Part shown: piece by piece, positions 48,067-56,783 of the stretch
Layout of the letters: each line of letters begins with the position of its first letter
Numbering within the stretch: the stretch's first letter is position 1
Virus record (IMG/VR): IMGVR_UViG_3300013233_000195
Span: 1 to 64,000 of that record
From: a virus
Direction: 5' to 3' (one strand)
Length of the DNA: 64,000 nucleotides
Position numbers and translations under genes: made by a program
Notes under the pieces: model-generated
The model's input: the letters and a program-made list of their open reading frames with translations, nothing else
The model's database searches: none
What the model was told of the DNA's origin: nothing

Positions 48067-48411
48067 TTATACTTCTGCCTCCCTTGTGTTTTCGATATAC
48101 TCTCTTGCCTCCTCAAGAGAGTAGAAGCAGTGAGAACGTGGATTTGTGGAACGGGATGGAAGAACTTCCCAAGTATTTCCGAAACACTCTAGGAAAGTTA
48201 CTCCATAGAGCTGCTTTTTGGAGATAGGACCAATTCCCGTTGAAATTTCATAAATAAGACGATAGGAAGCCTGCCCATACTCCACGATGTTTGGAGTCAT
48301 CCAGTTTGTTTTTGGAAGTACATGATTGAAGATTGCGCGAATTTCGCTGTTTGTCATCATTTCTTGCCTCCAAAGGTAGCCTGAAATTCTTCCAAAAAGC
48401 ACTCCAAGCAC
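48067..48411 (-). CDS. hypothetical protein, paralog of 49581-49943
   Basis: MTPNIVEY...IYEISTGIGPI...LYGVTFL. Confidence 0.7.
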   Translation of the reverse strand: MLGVLFGRISGYLWRQEMMTNSEIRAIFNHVLPKTNWMTPNIVEYGQASYRLIYEISTGIGPISKKQLYGVTFLECFGNTWEVLPSRSTNPRSHCFYSLEEAREYIENTREAEV

Positions 48412-48668
48412 TCAATTGCATCATCAATCTCTGGAATCCGCAATCTTGAGGAATACTGCTTTTCGAAAATTACTGGGAGACATAGGCTGTACCGATAAAC
48501 AGCCTCATTTCCCAAAAGGATCATTGGAGGAGTTAGAAAACTCTCAATCTCTGGAGAGTACCAAGACTGTCCATTCTCTGTTCTCTTACGGATGTTCCGC
48601 AAGAGAACAAGCATCATTTCTACCCTAAAACCAATTACTGCTCCCATCTCTGCCTTGAAGCTAATCAT
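48357..48668 (-). CDS. hypothetical protein
   Basis: ORF track, GGAGGT RBS. Confidence 0.6.
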   Translation of the reverse strand: MISFKAEMGAVIGFRVEMMLVLLRNIRKRTENGQSWYSPEIESFLTPPMILLGNEAVYRYSLCLPVIFEKQYSSRLRIPEIDDAIECLECFLEEFQATFGGKK

Positions 48669-48988
48669 TATTCACCTCCCTTGATTATTCCTAGACTCTT
48701 GAGAAGTTGAATGTTCTCTGCGGAGAGTTGAGACATAATATCAATCTTTTCTCCGCGCTTCCTTGCTCTTTTCATGGGAATAACTGTCTTTCGTTCTTCC
48801 CTCCAAACAGTCTTTCCACTCTTGAGATAATAGATTCTCTGGCAGGAACTACAATACTTTGTATCACTCCCCTTTCTTACGGTTAGGCGTGAATGACAGG
48901 AAGGACAAAAGGTTTCTTTTGGCCTATTGTCCTTCAATCTTTCTGCTCTGCATTCTGGACACATGCAATTCGGACAATACATTTTCAC
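48668..48988 (-). CDS. Cys-rich zinc-finger-like protein
   Basis: CPNCMCPEC...CPSC...CSSC; first gene after promoter. Confidence 0.65.
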   Translation of the reverse strand: MKMYCPNCMCPECRAERLKDNRPKETFCPSCHSRLTVRKGSDTKYCSSCQRIYYLKSGKTVWREERKTVIPMKRARKRGEKIDIMSQLSAENIQLLKSLGIIKGGE

Positions 48989-49024
48989 TCTCCTTTCTCT
49001 TGGGGACTTTCCCCTAGCGCTTGC

Positions 49025-49053
49025 ATTATACCATGGCGAGACGTGGCTGTCAA
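49025..49053 (-). promoter_or_regulatory. consensus sigma70 promoter
   Basis: Minus strand TTGACA-17 bp-TATAAT with TG extension. Confidence 0.9.
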
Positions 49054-49073
49054 GCCCGAAATTCGCCGGGTTT

Positions 49074-49088
49074 TGGCACGATTCTTGC
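49074..49088 (+). promoter_or_regulatory. sigma54 box
   Basis: TGGCACGATTCTTGC, 20 bp from the opposite-strand -35. Confidence 0.75.
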
Positions 49089-49187
49089 GGGGCCGGACAA
49101 CCGTCGGTTTTCGCCTTTTCTTCAAACTTTCGGGATAAATTGAAACAAATGTTTTCACTTTTTTATATTTCCGCCATTATTGAGTTA

Positions 49188-49400
49188 CTATTTTGAAGAT
49201 GATTCCTCATCCTCTACTTCAATAACTACAGTAAAGAGGCTGCAACTATCGAAAGCAGACATATGAGCATCACCTTGTATTTGTGAGATTGAAATGATCT
49301 TTCCCTGTAGTCGGAGTGCATTGAGCATATCCTCAATTAATTTAGCCCGATCTTCAAAACCAAATCCAATCGTAAACTCTTCTACTTTCAGCTTACTCAT
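49188..49400 (-). CDS. hypothetical protein
   Basis: ORF track. Confidence 0.6.
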   Translation of the reverse strand: MSKLKVEEFTIGFGFEDRAKLIEDMLNALRLQGKIISISQIQGDAHMSAFDSCSLFTVVIEVEDEESSSK

Positions 49401-49581
49401 TTTTCCCCTCCTTTTCCACCTTCCTAGCTAATCTCCTCCGCCTTGACATTTCATTAGCCTTATTTCGGCAAGTAAAGCAGTATTTTGTGGTTACTAAGGG
49501 TGATTGTCCACACTGAATACAACGCTTTTCTTTCTTACGCTTCAATTGCCAACGTCTTTGCCGAGAAACTTGCTTATCCAT
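49393..49581 (-). CDS. small basic zinc-finger protein
   Basis: CIQCG...YCFTC. Confidence 0.65.
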   Translation of the reverse strand: MDKQVSRQRRWQLKRKKEKRCIQCGQSPLVTTKYCFTCRNKANEMSRRRRLARKVEKEGKNE

Positions 49582-49943
49582 TATTCCTCCTTAGCGCTAG
49601 TGTGATTATTCTTGACTTCCTCAAGGTATTCTTTGGCCTCCTTTAGTGTAAGGAAGACTTGATCTTTTGAGAGGTCTCTATCATCCCATTCTCCCAATTC
49701 CCCCAAATGCAAGAAAGTTACCCCATAAAGAGTCTTATGGGTGATTGGTCCTTCGCCATAAGACAATTCATAGATGGTATCTGGAGTCAATTGTGCGTAT
49801 TCGACTACTCCCGGTGTCATTATGTTTCTTTGTCCATTGAATACCTCTGAGAAGATTTCCTCTATCTCTTGGCTTGACAGAGTCTTTGATAACATATTAT
49901 CTCTCCTCTGGAAGAGCACTAGTAAGGACTTTGATCTCTTCAA
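49581..49943 (-). CDS. hypothetical protein, paralog of 48067-48411
   Basis: MTPGVVEY...IYELSYGEGPI...LYGVTFL. Confidence 0.7.
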   Translation of the reverse strand: MKRSKSLLVLFQRRDNMLSKTLSSQEIEEIFSEVFNGQRNIMTPGVVEYAQLTPDTIYELSYGEGPITHKTLYGVTFLHLGELGEWDDRDLSKDQVFLTLKEAKEYLEEVKNNHTSAKEE

Positions 49944-50181
49944 CGGACATATGCTGTTCCATCGCCATTTTCAAAACACTGCAAGTCTCCTTATGTTTGT
50001 AACAGTTACCAGCAAAGTAACCGCCCATGAAAAGCAGAGTGAAAGCCAGAAAAGAGATCCAGCCCCAAAGATATAGCTTATTATCACTGAGCTGTGGGTT
50101 TACTGCTCTTCTCATTATTATTCCTCCTTTACATGCCCAGGTCATAGATGACTGGCGCTCTAGTATTACAAGAGATTCCAC
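49897..50181 (-). CDS. small membrane protein
   Basis: One hydrophobic segment; probable start MRRAV. Confidence 0.55.
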   Translation of the reverse strand: MESLVILERQSSMTWACKGGIIMRRAVNPQLSDNKLYLWGWISFLAFTLLFMGGYFAGNCYKHKETCSVLKMAMEQHMSVEEIKVLTSALPEER

Positions 50182-50668
50182 AATTTGTCACAGAACCCCA
50201 TGAGAAGAAGACATCGTTGATACCGTACTTCTCAGTGAGGCCCTTGACCAATTCCTTATCTTCATCCTCAAGACAAGCGTCATGATCAAGGGGGATGTAT
50301 TCGCAAATTACAACGGGTTCAACGAATTGTCGAGTGAATGAGCAACGCTTTGAAGGCGAAAAAGCGTAGAAAGTGGGAAAGTATGGTCTATCCTCATTAT
50401 CAATATCATGCCATGCAGACCACTCATTCTCCCCTTGAACCCCTATCTTGATTACAAAGCCAAACTCTGGAAAAGATAGGACATCTCGACTAGCATTGAT
50501 CTCTCTGTGGTCTTTGAACGAGTATTCCTGCCCATCAATGAAGATTCGAGGAGTCCTATAATCTACTTCATCCATCAACTCCTTTGACGTGGAAGCAGTC
50601 AATTCTCCCAATTGAAGCCGTTGAATAATAATAACCCGATGTCCGAGAACTTCAAAGGACTGAATCAT
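50129..50668 (-). CDS. minimal protein-kinase-like fold protein
   Basis: VIKIG, ENE, ICEYI, DV....N.G, PVIYDLG. Confidence 0.55.
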   Translation of the reverse strand: MIQSFEVLGHRVIIIQRLQLGELTASTSKELMDEVDYRTPRIFIDGQEYSFKDHREINASRDVLSFPEFGFVIKIGVQGENEWSAWHDIDNEDRPYFPTFYAFSPSKRCSFTRQFVEPVVICEYIPLDHDACLEDEDKELVKGLTEKYGINDVFFSWGSVTNCGISCNTRAPVIYDLGM

Positions 50669-51126
50669 TATCTTCCTCCCTCCATTTCTTCCAACCAATC
50701 CAAGAAGGCTTCAAGATACTCGATCTTCCTATCGTAGTCGGTATCTCTAGCAGTAGCGTACTCATCAAGAGCACCGTAGCAAACCTCAAAGCAATGATGG
50801 TAATTAGGAGGAGTATACTTATCGCACTTGTGAAAAACACAATCACTGCAATAATTCCGGGCAAGCTTACAGTATGGGCAGGTAGACATTAGAAGGGTCA
50901 GAATTTGGTCAATATAGACTTCCTCCCCCCCGTCGTTAGGATCAATCTCTTTATCTCGGAGACTTTCGAGAAGATCCACGAGAATGTTCAATTTCTCCAT
51001 CGTAAGAGTAAAGGCAATTCTCGCTCCTTCAATAGAAGTAGAAGAATAGCCTTCTGCTACAAAGTCACTTAGTTTGTCCAAATACGTACTCCACCGTTCC
51101 ACAATCTCCGCATAAGATTGAATCAT
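50668..51126 (-). CDS. Cys-rich hypothetical protein, tandem paralog
   Basis: TMEKLNIL.DLL, MSTCPYCKL...YC.DC.F. Confidence 0.75.
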   Translation of the reverse strand: MIQSYAEIVERWSTYLDKLSDFVAEGYSSTSIEGARIAFTLTMEKLNILVDLLESLRDKEIDPNDGGEEVYIDQILTLLMSTCPYCKLARNYCSDCVFHKCDKYTPPNYHHCFEVCYGALDEYATARDTDYDRKIEYLEAFLDWLEEMEGGR

Positions 51127-51611
51127 TCCTCTTCTCCTTCCTTTCCAAAGTGTTCTTCAAACCAATCCATGAAGGCTTCAAGATACTTGATTTTCCCTTG
51201 GAAGAAGTCATCATCCTTCAGGTTAGTATACTTATCAAGGGCACGACGGGATACTCGCAAACAGGGAGGAGGAAAGCCAGGCTCGTTTTTATGAAACCTG
51301 GAGAAGAGACAATCTTCACAGTAGCTGCCTGAGAGTTTACAGTAGGGGCAAGTTGACATTGAAAGACAAAGGATATTCTCAATATCCTCCCAAAGCTCAA
51401 ACCCATTCTCATCTAGGGAATGAGGATCAACCTTGTAATCCCTAAGATCCTTGAGAAGATCCATGAGAATGTTCAATTTTTCCATTGTCAAACCGTAGGC
51501 AATATGCGCTCCACGAGAAGAATTAGGTGGATAACCTTCACCACCAAAACTCTTCAATTCTTCTAAGAAAAGAGTCCAACGTTCTTCAATTGCCTCAAAA
51601 GAATCCATCAT
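51123..51611 (-). CDS. Cys-rich hypothetical protein, tandem paralog
   Basis: Same motifs as 50668-51126; first gene after promoter. Confidence 0.75.
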   Translation of the reverse strand: MMDSFEAIEERWTLFLEELKSFGGEGYPPNSSRGAHIAYGLTMEKLNILMDLLKDLRDYKVDPHSLDENGFELWEDIENILCLSMSTCPYCKLSGSYCEDCLFSRFHKNEPGFPPPCLRVSRRALDKYTNLKDDDFFQGKIKYLEAFMDWFEEHFGKEGEEE

Positions 51612-51665
51612 ATCCTCCTAGATGGAAGTTTTGGAGTGCTTGGGGACTTTCCCCTAGCGCCTATA

Positions 51666-51694
51666 ATTATACCACGGCGGAGATCGGGTGTCAA
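51666..51694 (-). promoter_or_regulatory. consensus sigma70 promoter
   Basis: Minus strand TTGACA-17 bp-TATAAT with TG extension. Confidence 0.9.
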
Positions 51695-51714
51695 GCCCGA
51701 ATTTCGCCGGGTTT

Positions 51715-51729
51715 TGGCACGATTCTTGC
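51715..51729 (+). promoter_or_regulatory. sigma54 box
   Basis: TGGCACGATTCTTGC, 20 bp from the opposite-strand -35. Confidence 0.75.
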
Positions 51730-51749
51730 GAGGAGCCACAAGCGGAGAC

Positions 51750-51790
51750 AAAAAAATAGCCTAAAGGATATGGAAATCCTTTAGGCTATT
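51750..51790 (-). terminator. intrinsic terminator
   Basis: 15-bp stem AATAGCCTAAAGGAT/ATCCTTTAGGCTATT, T tract on the minus strand. Confidence 0.88.
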
Positions 51791-51854
51791 ATAAAACGAA
51801 TATGTCAACCCCTTGCTGTTATATTTCAGCGAAAGTTTCGACAACTTTGTAATG

Positions 51855-52301
51855 TTACTCTTTCTTCTTTTTCTCCTTCTTATCAGGAGGCTTGATACTA
51901 GCAACACCAATGGGAAGAGTCTTCAGAAGGCCATCTTGAAGATAGCGCTTTAGAATGTCATTAAGATCCTGGATAATCTTACTAAAGTAGGCATACTGTG
52001 CATCTCTGGAGTCTATTCCAGAGATAACACAGTGTAAGAAGGTAAGGAAACCAAGAGAAGCTGAGAGGGTTACGTTTGATTGTGCAATAAGACTCGTAAT
52101 CCAAGGTTCTCGTAACTCGGGATTAGGAGTATCGGGACTTGGAGTAGTAGTCTCAACAAAATGGATAATGGCTTTCACTGTTTGAAGACACTCTTCAAGT
52201 GATTCTAAACGAATCTCTTGCTTCTGTGTCTCCTCATCCCTTAGCAGACGCATTATCATTAGTCTCCTTCTGTTCTTCCTTCCACAGGTAGAAGATTGCA
52301 A
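51855..52301 (-). CDS. hypothetical protein
   Basis: ORF track; probable start MIMRLL. Confidence 0.6.
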   Translation of the reverse strand: MQSSTCGRKNRRRLMIMRLLRDEETQKQEIRLESLEECLQTVKAIIHFVETTTPSPDTPNPELREPWITSLIAQSNVTLSASLGFLTFLHCVISGIDSRDAQYAYFSKIIQDLNDILKRYLQDGLLKTLPIGVASIKPPDKKEKKKKE

Positions 52302-52566
52302 GAGTTAGAGCCCAAAGAGAGCCCCAATCCTTATCCCCTACCAGAGTCCTAATATCGGAGACATTCGTACCTGTTTTACAATATCCTACGGAAGCGTATT
52401 CGTGAACCTCATCTCCAAATCTAGCTAGAACAGAAATGTTAGGACTCTCTGGGCCAGCATCGCAAAGGTAAAAGTCATGCAGTTTATTCTTTGGTGAAGC
52501 AGAACCAAGGAACCTGCAACAACCACAATGATGTACGAAAGTAGGCTTCCCTTGAACTTGTAGCAT
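52234..52566 (-). CDS. hypothetical protein
   Basis: HHCGCCRFLG...DFYLC...ARFGD...EYAS. Confidence 0.65.
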   Translation of the reverse strand: MLQVQGKPTFVHHCGCCRFLGSASPKNKLHDFYLCDAGPESPNISVLARFGDEVHEYASVGYCKTGTNVSDIRTLVGDKDWGSLWALTLAIFYLWKEEQKETNDNASAKG

Positions 52567-52604
52567 GTCAACCCCCTACTGTTATATTTCAGGGAAAAAT
52601 TGAG

Positions 52605-53252
52605 TTATTGGTGGATGTCGCAAGCTATGATGAGAGCATCGGAATGCTTTTCAAGGTAGCTAAAGTATTCCTCGCTCCAACCTTCCTGTGTTAAGAATAG
52701 GTCTCTGGAATGCCAAGTTCCCTTAAGATCAAGAAAAGCATAAGGTACTTGGAACTCCTTCTCCCTTGGAGAAAAGGCTAGAAGCTCTTGGATACTGCAA
52801 GTATTCCCCTTGAAAGCCCGATACTTCTCTTTGAGGACTTCCCGCTTATCCTGCGGGAACAGATCATAAATGATGTCTTGCCATCTACCTCCAAAACCCC
52901 ACCACTCCCACTTTCCATTGGGATTAGCTGTGGTAGTATGAACCCCAGTACCATCACAATCAGCGCAGTTAGGATCGGGAAAACCCTTTTTAGGATCGTT
53001 TGCTACCGTAGTATCAATGAAATCCCTACGCTCAATTGGATCATCAATGCCGGCTTCATTGCATTGAACAATCGCTTCACGAGTAGCCTCCCAGCCAACA
53101 CAATAACACTTCGTATCATGCGGGGAGGAGAGATTTGCCTCATCAAAGGGATGAAGCCGATTCTCTACTTCCTCTTCAATCTGTGGGATTTCGATGTCTG
53201 ATGGCAGAATGACATGAAGATAGTAGTGCATTATGCTTCCCCCTTTCCGCAA
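52605..53252 (-). CDS. phage hypothetical protein
   Basis: CADCDGTG...NPNGKWEWW.FGGRW...GTWH...DIH. Confidence 0.75.
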   Translation of the reverse strand: MRKGGSIMHYYLHVILPSDIEIPQIEEEVENRLHPFDEANLSSPHDTKCYCVGWEATREAIVQCNEAGIDDPIERRDFIDTTVANDPKKGFPDPNCADCDGTGVHTTTANPNGKWEWWGFGGRWQDIIYDLFPQDKREVLKEKYRAFKGNTCSIQELLAFSPREKEFQVPYAFLDLKGTWHSRDLFLTQEGWSEEYFSYLEKHSDALIIACDIHQ

Positions 53253-53419
53253 AGATCACAGATTCCAGGATGTTGGCCCATATAGATACTACAGTATTCC
53301 TCGCCCTTTTTGTTCTTAGGCCAGGGCTCTTTCCATTCTTGAATCTCTCGTTCGCAGGCTTCACAAACTTGAATGGTGTCGCCTGATGGAGTCTGGTAAG
53401 TAATCACTGAGATTGTCAT
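53231..53419 (-). CDS. small zinc-binding hypothetical protein
   Basis: CEAC...WPKN...H.GICDLC. Confidence 0.65.
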   Translation of the reverse strand: MTISVITYQTPSGDTIQVCEACEREIQEWKEPWPKNKKGEEYCSIYMGQHPGICDLCGKGEA

Positions 53420-53946
53420 TACTTGTGCCCCTTCTTACTGTTCTTCTTAGCGGAGTTTGCCCTCATGGGAGCAAGACAAACGACCTTGACAGAACCATTA
53501 CGCTTTCTTTCCTTCCTGGACAGTTCCCCAAAACGTGACATAGCCTCGTCAATATCCTCCTCGTCCATTCCAGACACCATAGTAGCAAGATAAAGACGAA
53601 AGGCTTCCTGCCACTGAATGGGCCTATCAACACCAGGCTTCACAAACGTAGGAGAGAAGACTCCTTGGGGAAAACGCTGTGTTTCATCTACTTCCGCATC
53701 GAGAGCATAGTGCATGTTCAGGATCTCATCCTGGAGTCTGCGATAACCCTTTGCAGCGTCATCTCTCTCAATCTTAGTATAAAAGAGATCCCTGAGCATC
53801 TTCTGCGTGATCTTCCGCATTTTCCTTCTCCTAGTGAAGAGGGTAATCAACCCATGAAACCGAACGATCCCAGCAAGCGCGACAAGAGCCACAATTGTTG
53901 CCCTGTAGCCTTGCAGGGCACCTATAAGTGTCCTTTGGCGCTTCAC
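53419..53946 (-). CDS. hypothetical protein
   Basis: Probable start MRKITQ (53820). Confidence 0.55.
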   Translation of the reverse strand: MKRQRTLIGALQGYRATIVALVALAGIVRFHGLITLFTRRRKMRKITQKMLRDLFYTKIERDDAAKGYRRLQDEILNMHYALDAEVDETQRFPQGVFSPTFVKPGVDRPIQWQEAFRLYLATMVSGMDEEDIDEAMSRFGELSRKERKRNGSVKVVCLAPMRANSAKKNSKKGHK

Positions 53947-54469
53947 CCTTTGTAACGGTCGAAAAAGGGAGCTTGCGAAACCTCTTAGGCTTTTTATTGA
54001 TAAAAGGCCCGCTTACTCTCACTACTAGGTTCTTTGGCAGTCTTCCTCCTTCTTCATAGAATCTACGAAGAATGTCTGTTTGCCTTGTTGGCAGCCAATG
54101 CTTTACATTGGGAGTTCTCTTGCAGACTTCCACAATTCTACGAAAGTGTTGGAGACTCTGAAGATCTCCTGAATCATGCCAACGGAAGTAAGGATGCTTT
54201 TTGGCTCTCTTTCCAATAAGAGTTACCATTGCTTCAATCCACTTAGGACTTCCTAGCTTTGCATATCTACGGAAGTAAGCGCTTTTGGCTGAGGGATAGG
54301 TATAGTTCCCTCTATTGTTCGCATAGCAGTGACCACAAACAGAGTTTGGAACACCCATCATCTTCTTGCCGAGCTTACAAGTGCTTACTGGAAGCCCAAA
54401 AGCGTATCCTGGCATCTTAGAGGGTTCGGAAAGCCCTCCAACGATTTCGTTTGCCATTTTGATATTCAT
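53831..54469 (-). CDS. Gp88-like Cys-rich phage protein (possible Fe-S, radical-SAM-like)
   Basis: SKMPG..FGLP...C...VCGHCYA, YFRWHDSGD, HWLPTR, CPA....CGSCRACWD. Confidence 0.75.
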   Translation of the reverse strand: MNIKMANEIVGGLSEPSKMPGYAFGLPVSTCKLGKKMMGVPNSVCGHCYANNRGNYTYPSAKSAYFRRYAKLGSPKWIEAMVTLIGKRAKKHPYFRWHDSGDLQSLQHFRRIVEVCKRTPNVKHWLPTRQTDILRRFYEEGGRLPKNLVVRVSGPFINKKPKRFRKLPFSTVTKGEAPKDTYRCPARLQGNNCGSCRACWDRSVSWVDYPLH

Positions 54470-54613
54470 ACATTATGCTCCGTAGAATGAATGATTACCC
54501 ATAGAAAGGCACCCATACAAAGAGCTGTGCAAAGATTAGACACTACCCCCAGCGAAAAAAGGTAAATAATGAAACCCGGAGCAATTGCAAATGTAGCGAC
54601 TTTTTTGGTTCTA

Positions 54614-55180
54614 TTATCCATTGTGTTCCCTCCGAATTCGGAAGGTATGGTCATTCTGGTCAAATGAGTCAAACTTGAGGAAAAACTGACTTTCAGAATC
54701 CTCTGTTAGTGCCTTGAGAATCTCCAAAGAAAGCGGATCTGGAGTCTCGTAAACAGGCTGTGCTAATGGAAAACCAAAGGGTCGAGAGAATCTCTCAATG
54801 GTAGCCCAGTTATGCCAATAAGAGTGCCCAGTTGACCAAAGATCCGTTATAAAGAATTCATTTACGGCCTCTGGAACAATACCCTGGACTGCAAAGAGAG
54901 GGAACATTGCCACCATCTCTGTGGGTTGGAGAACATGTCCTGGGAAGATCTCATTTCCAACAGAAATTGTCCTTACAATCTCTATAGTTTCCCCCTTGAT
55001 TACAAGGTGTGACCCAGAGTCATTATCATACAGCAAAGTTGGAAAACCCACAGGAGTCTTGAGAAGAATCTTAGGTCCAAAGTCTCTCAAAAACTCCGGT
55101 GGATTATCAAAATCCAGGAGAGGATGAATTTGTGGACTAGTTAGCTTCATGCTCTTCTCCAAAGGAATAGGAGGGGGCAT
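54614..55180 (-). CDS. hypothetical protein
   Basis: Probable start MKLTS (55150). Confidence 0.6.
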   Translation of the reverse strand: MPPPIPLEKSMKLTSPQIHPLLDFDNPPEFLRDFGPKILLKTPVGFPTLLYDNDSGSHLVIKGETIEIVRTISVGNEIFPGHVLQPTEMVAMFPLFAVQGIVPEAVNEFFITDLWSTGHSYWHNWATIERFSRPFGFPLAQPVYETPDPLSLEILKALTEDSESQFFLKFDSFDQNDHTFRIRREHNG

Positions 55181-55196
55181 TAGCCCCCTCCTATTC
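55165..55196 (-). terminator. 14-bp stem-loop after DUF932 gene
   Basis: GAATAGGAGGGGGC-4 nt-GCCCCCTCCTATTC; weak T tract. Confidence 0.65.
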
Positions 55197-55204
55197 TCAC
55201 TTGT

Positions 55205-56269
55205 TTAGACCAATGCCAAGATTGCGGAAGCCTTACGATCTAGGTCCGCTCGACTTCCAGCAAACTTGCTATTCTGAGAAAGTCGAGTCATAGCATCCAC
55301 AACGGAGAAAGCACTGAATCGGTTAGAAGTCTCTTCAATAAGGTCTGTGACCATTTCCGAAGCCTTCTTCGAATACCCCTGCTTCTGGAGAAGCGTAAGA
55401 ACCTCTTCCTTATAGCCCAGGTCAGTATTCTCAGCAGCCCGCATCTTTGTTACAAAAGCATCCTTGCGAAGGTCTGAGATCCTGATAAGATCCTCGACCA
55501 TATAGCTGATATCGCTAAGGATTCTCTGTGAGTTTCCAACATGCCGACGGACAACCTGCTGAACCTCCGTAGCATCCCAAACAATATGGTTTGCACAGAT
55601 GTACTGGTACCAGAAGGTCTCAATACCAACAGAGCGAGAACCAACCTCTGAATTCCAAACAAAGAATCCAGGTGAGAACTCCTGGTTTTGTCCGCCAACA
55701 TCAAGCTCTACACGAGTATCAGGATCAACGAGAAACATGAACATATCCTGCTCACCCGTATAAAGCCCAGTAGCTCCATTAAACCCCTTCTTAGGAGGAG
55801 CATAATGAGGAGCGGCCTTTGAGATTGCGTCCACAACCTGAGAATCCCAAATTCGGGAATACTTATTGCTTGTTACTGCTCGAAGCTGTGCGTCAGGCTT
55901 TCCCTCTTTCAGAGTTACAAGAGAACGAACTGAACCAGCAGCAGAAGCTCTCTGTGAAAACAGTTCATTCAAAGCCACTGCTGCCGTGTGAGAAGACAGC
56001 CGATTGATCGTTCTCTTCTCTGCTCCGGCCATTCTACAAAGCTGAGAGAATGCCCAGGAGTTGATTGAGTAGGTATTACTGGAAGTACAAAGATTCACAG
56101 TGAGAGTATTGGGATCTGACTCAAAAGAGAGCTGATTAGCAGGCACGGAGAACTCTCCACTATCGCTCATTCGTTCCAGACAAGCCCTGTGAAGACTGGG
56201 AATGTCTTCAAAAGTCTCATCTGCCTTACGACTGAAAAGCTGATGACTGGCCTTCAAAAGATTTGCCAT
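55205..56269 (-). CDS. DUF932-family protein
   Basis: WAFSQLC, LRAVTSNKYSRIWD, GFFVWNSEVG, ICANH.VW, RHVG. Confidence 0.8.
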   Translation of the reverse strand: MANLLKASHQLFSRKADETFEDIPSLHRACLERMSDSGEFSVPANQLSFESDPNTLTVNLCTSSNTYSINSWAFSQLCRMAGAEKRTINRLSSHTAAVALNELFSQRASAAGSVRSLVTLKEGKPDAQLRAVTSNKYSRIWDSQVVDAISKAAPHYAPPKKGFNGATGLYTGEQDMFMFLVDPDTRVELDVGGQNQEFSPGFFVWNSEVGSRSVGIETFWYQYICANHIVWDATEVQQVVRRHVGNSQRILSDISYMVEDLIRISDLRKDAFVTKMRAAENTDLGYKEEVLTLLQKQGYSKKASEMVTDLIEETSNRFSAFSVVDAMTRLSQNSKFAGSRADLDRKASAILALV

Positions 56270-56655
56270 TTTCTTGGCTCCTGATTAAGAGTAGCCCTAG
56301 CCCGCCTAACTTGAGCGTGCAACCAATCAATGAACTGGAGACAGTCATCTCGGTTTACATTAGCTCTTCCTCCTATATGCCATTCATAAGGCTCTAGGGA
56401 CGCTTTCATACGAAACTGCTCCGGTGTTGGAAGCCCCGCAGCATACTTGCTTGTCTCCTTGTAATCGTAGAGAGTCCAAAGAGTCCCATCATCCCCACGA
56501 AGTACCCATTCTGTTGATACTTTGCCCCCATCTCCAGCACCATTTGGAGAACCTAATGCCACCACAAGCTCAGGATAGGTAGCTGAAAAGTAACCCTTTA
56601 GACAAGTGCCTTCAGGGCTATCACTGATTACTGCATACATAAGCAATCCTCCCAT
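56254..56655 (-). CDS. phage hypothetical protein
   Basis: ATY.ELV..LG.P...KVSTEW...TLYDYK...EWHIGG; probable start 56640. Confidence 0.7.
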   Translation of the reverse strand: MGGLLMYAVISDSPEGTCLKGYFSATYPELVVALGSPNGAGDGGKVSTEWVLRGDDGTLWTLYDYKETSKYAAGLPTPEQFRMKASLEPYEWHIGGRANVNRDDCLQFIDWLHAQVRRARATLNQEPRKWQIF

Positions 56656-56667
56656 GCCAACGTCGTG

Positions 56668-56776
56668 TCATGACGGGATTGACCCACCAAGGGAAAAGGT
56701 CGGATTGTTCCCGACAATCTACCCTGTATCATGACGGGATTGACCCACCAAGGGATAAGGCCGGATTGTTCCCGAC
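56668..56776 (-). repeat. two 48-nt direct repeats (61-nt period) in a 5' leader; candidate structured RNA
   Basis: 56668-56715 and 56729-56776, 2 mismatches; each copy folds into two hairpins. Confidence 0.85.
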
Positions 56777-56783
56777 GGCCAAC

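Noticed and set aside
51815-51830. E. coli-type LexA SOS box
   Set aside because: Spacing is CTG-N8-CAG, not CTG-N10-CAG
56668-56776. Mini CRISPR array
   Set aside because: Only two 48-nt repeats with a 13-nt gap, too short for a spacer; no cas genes in the window
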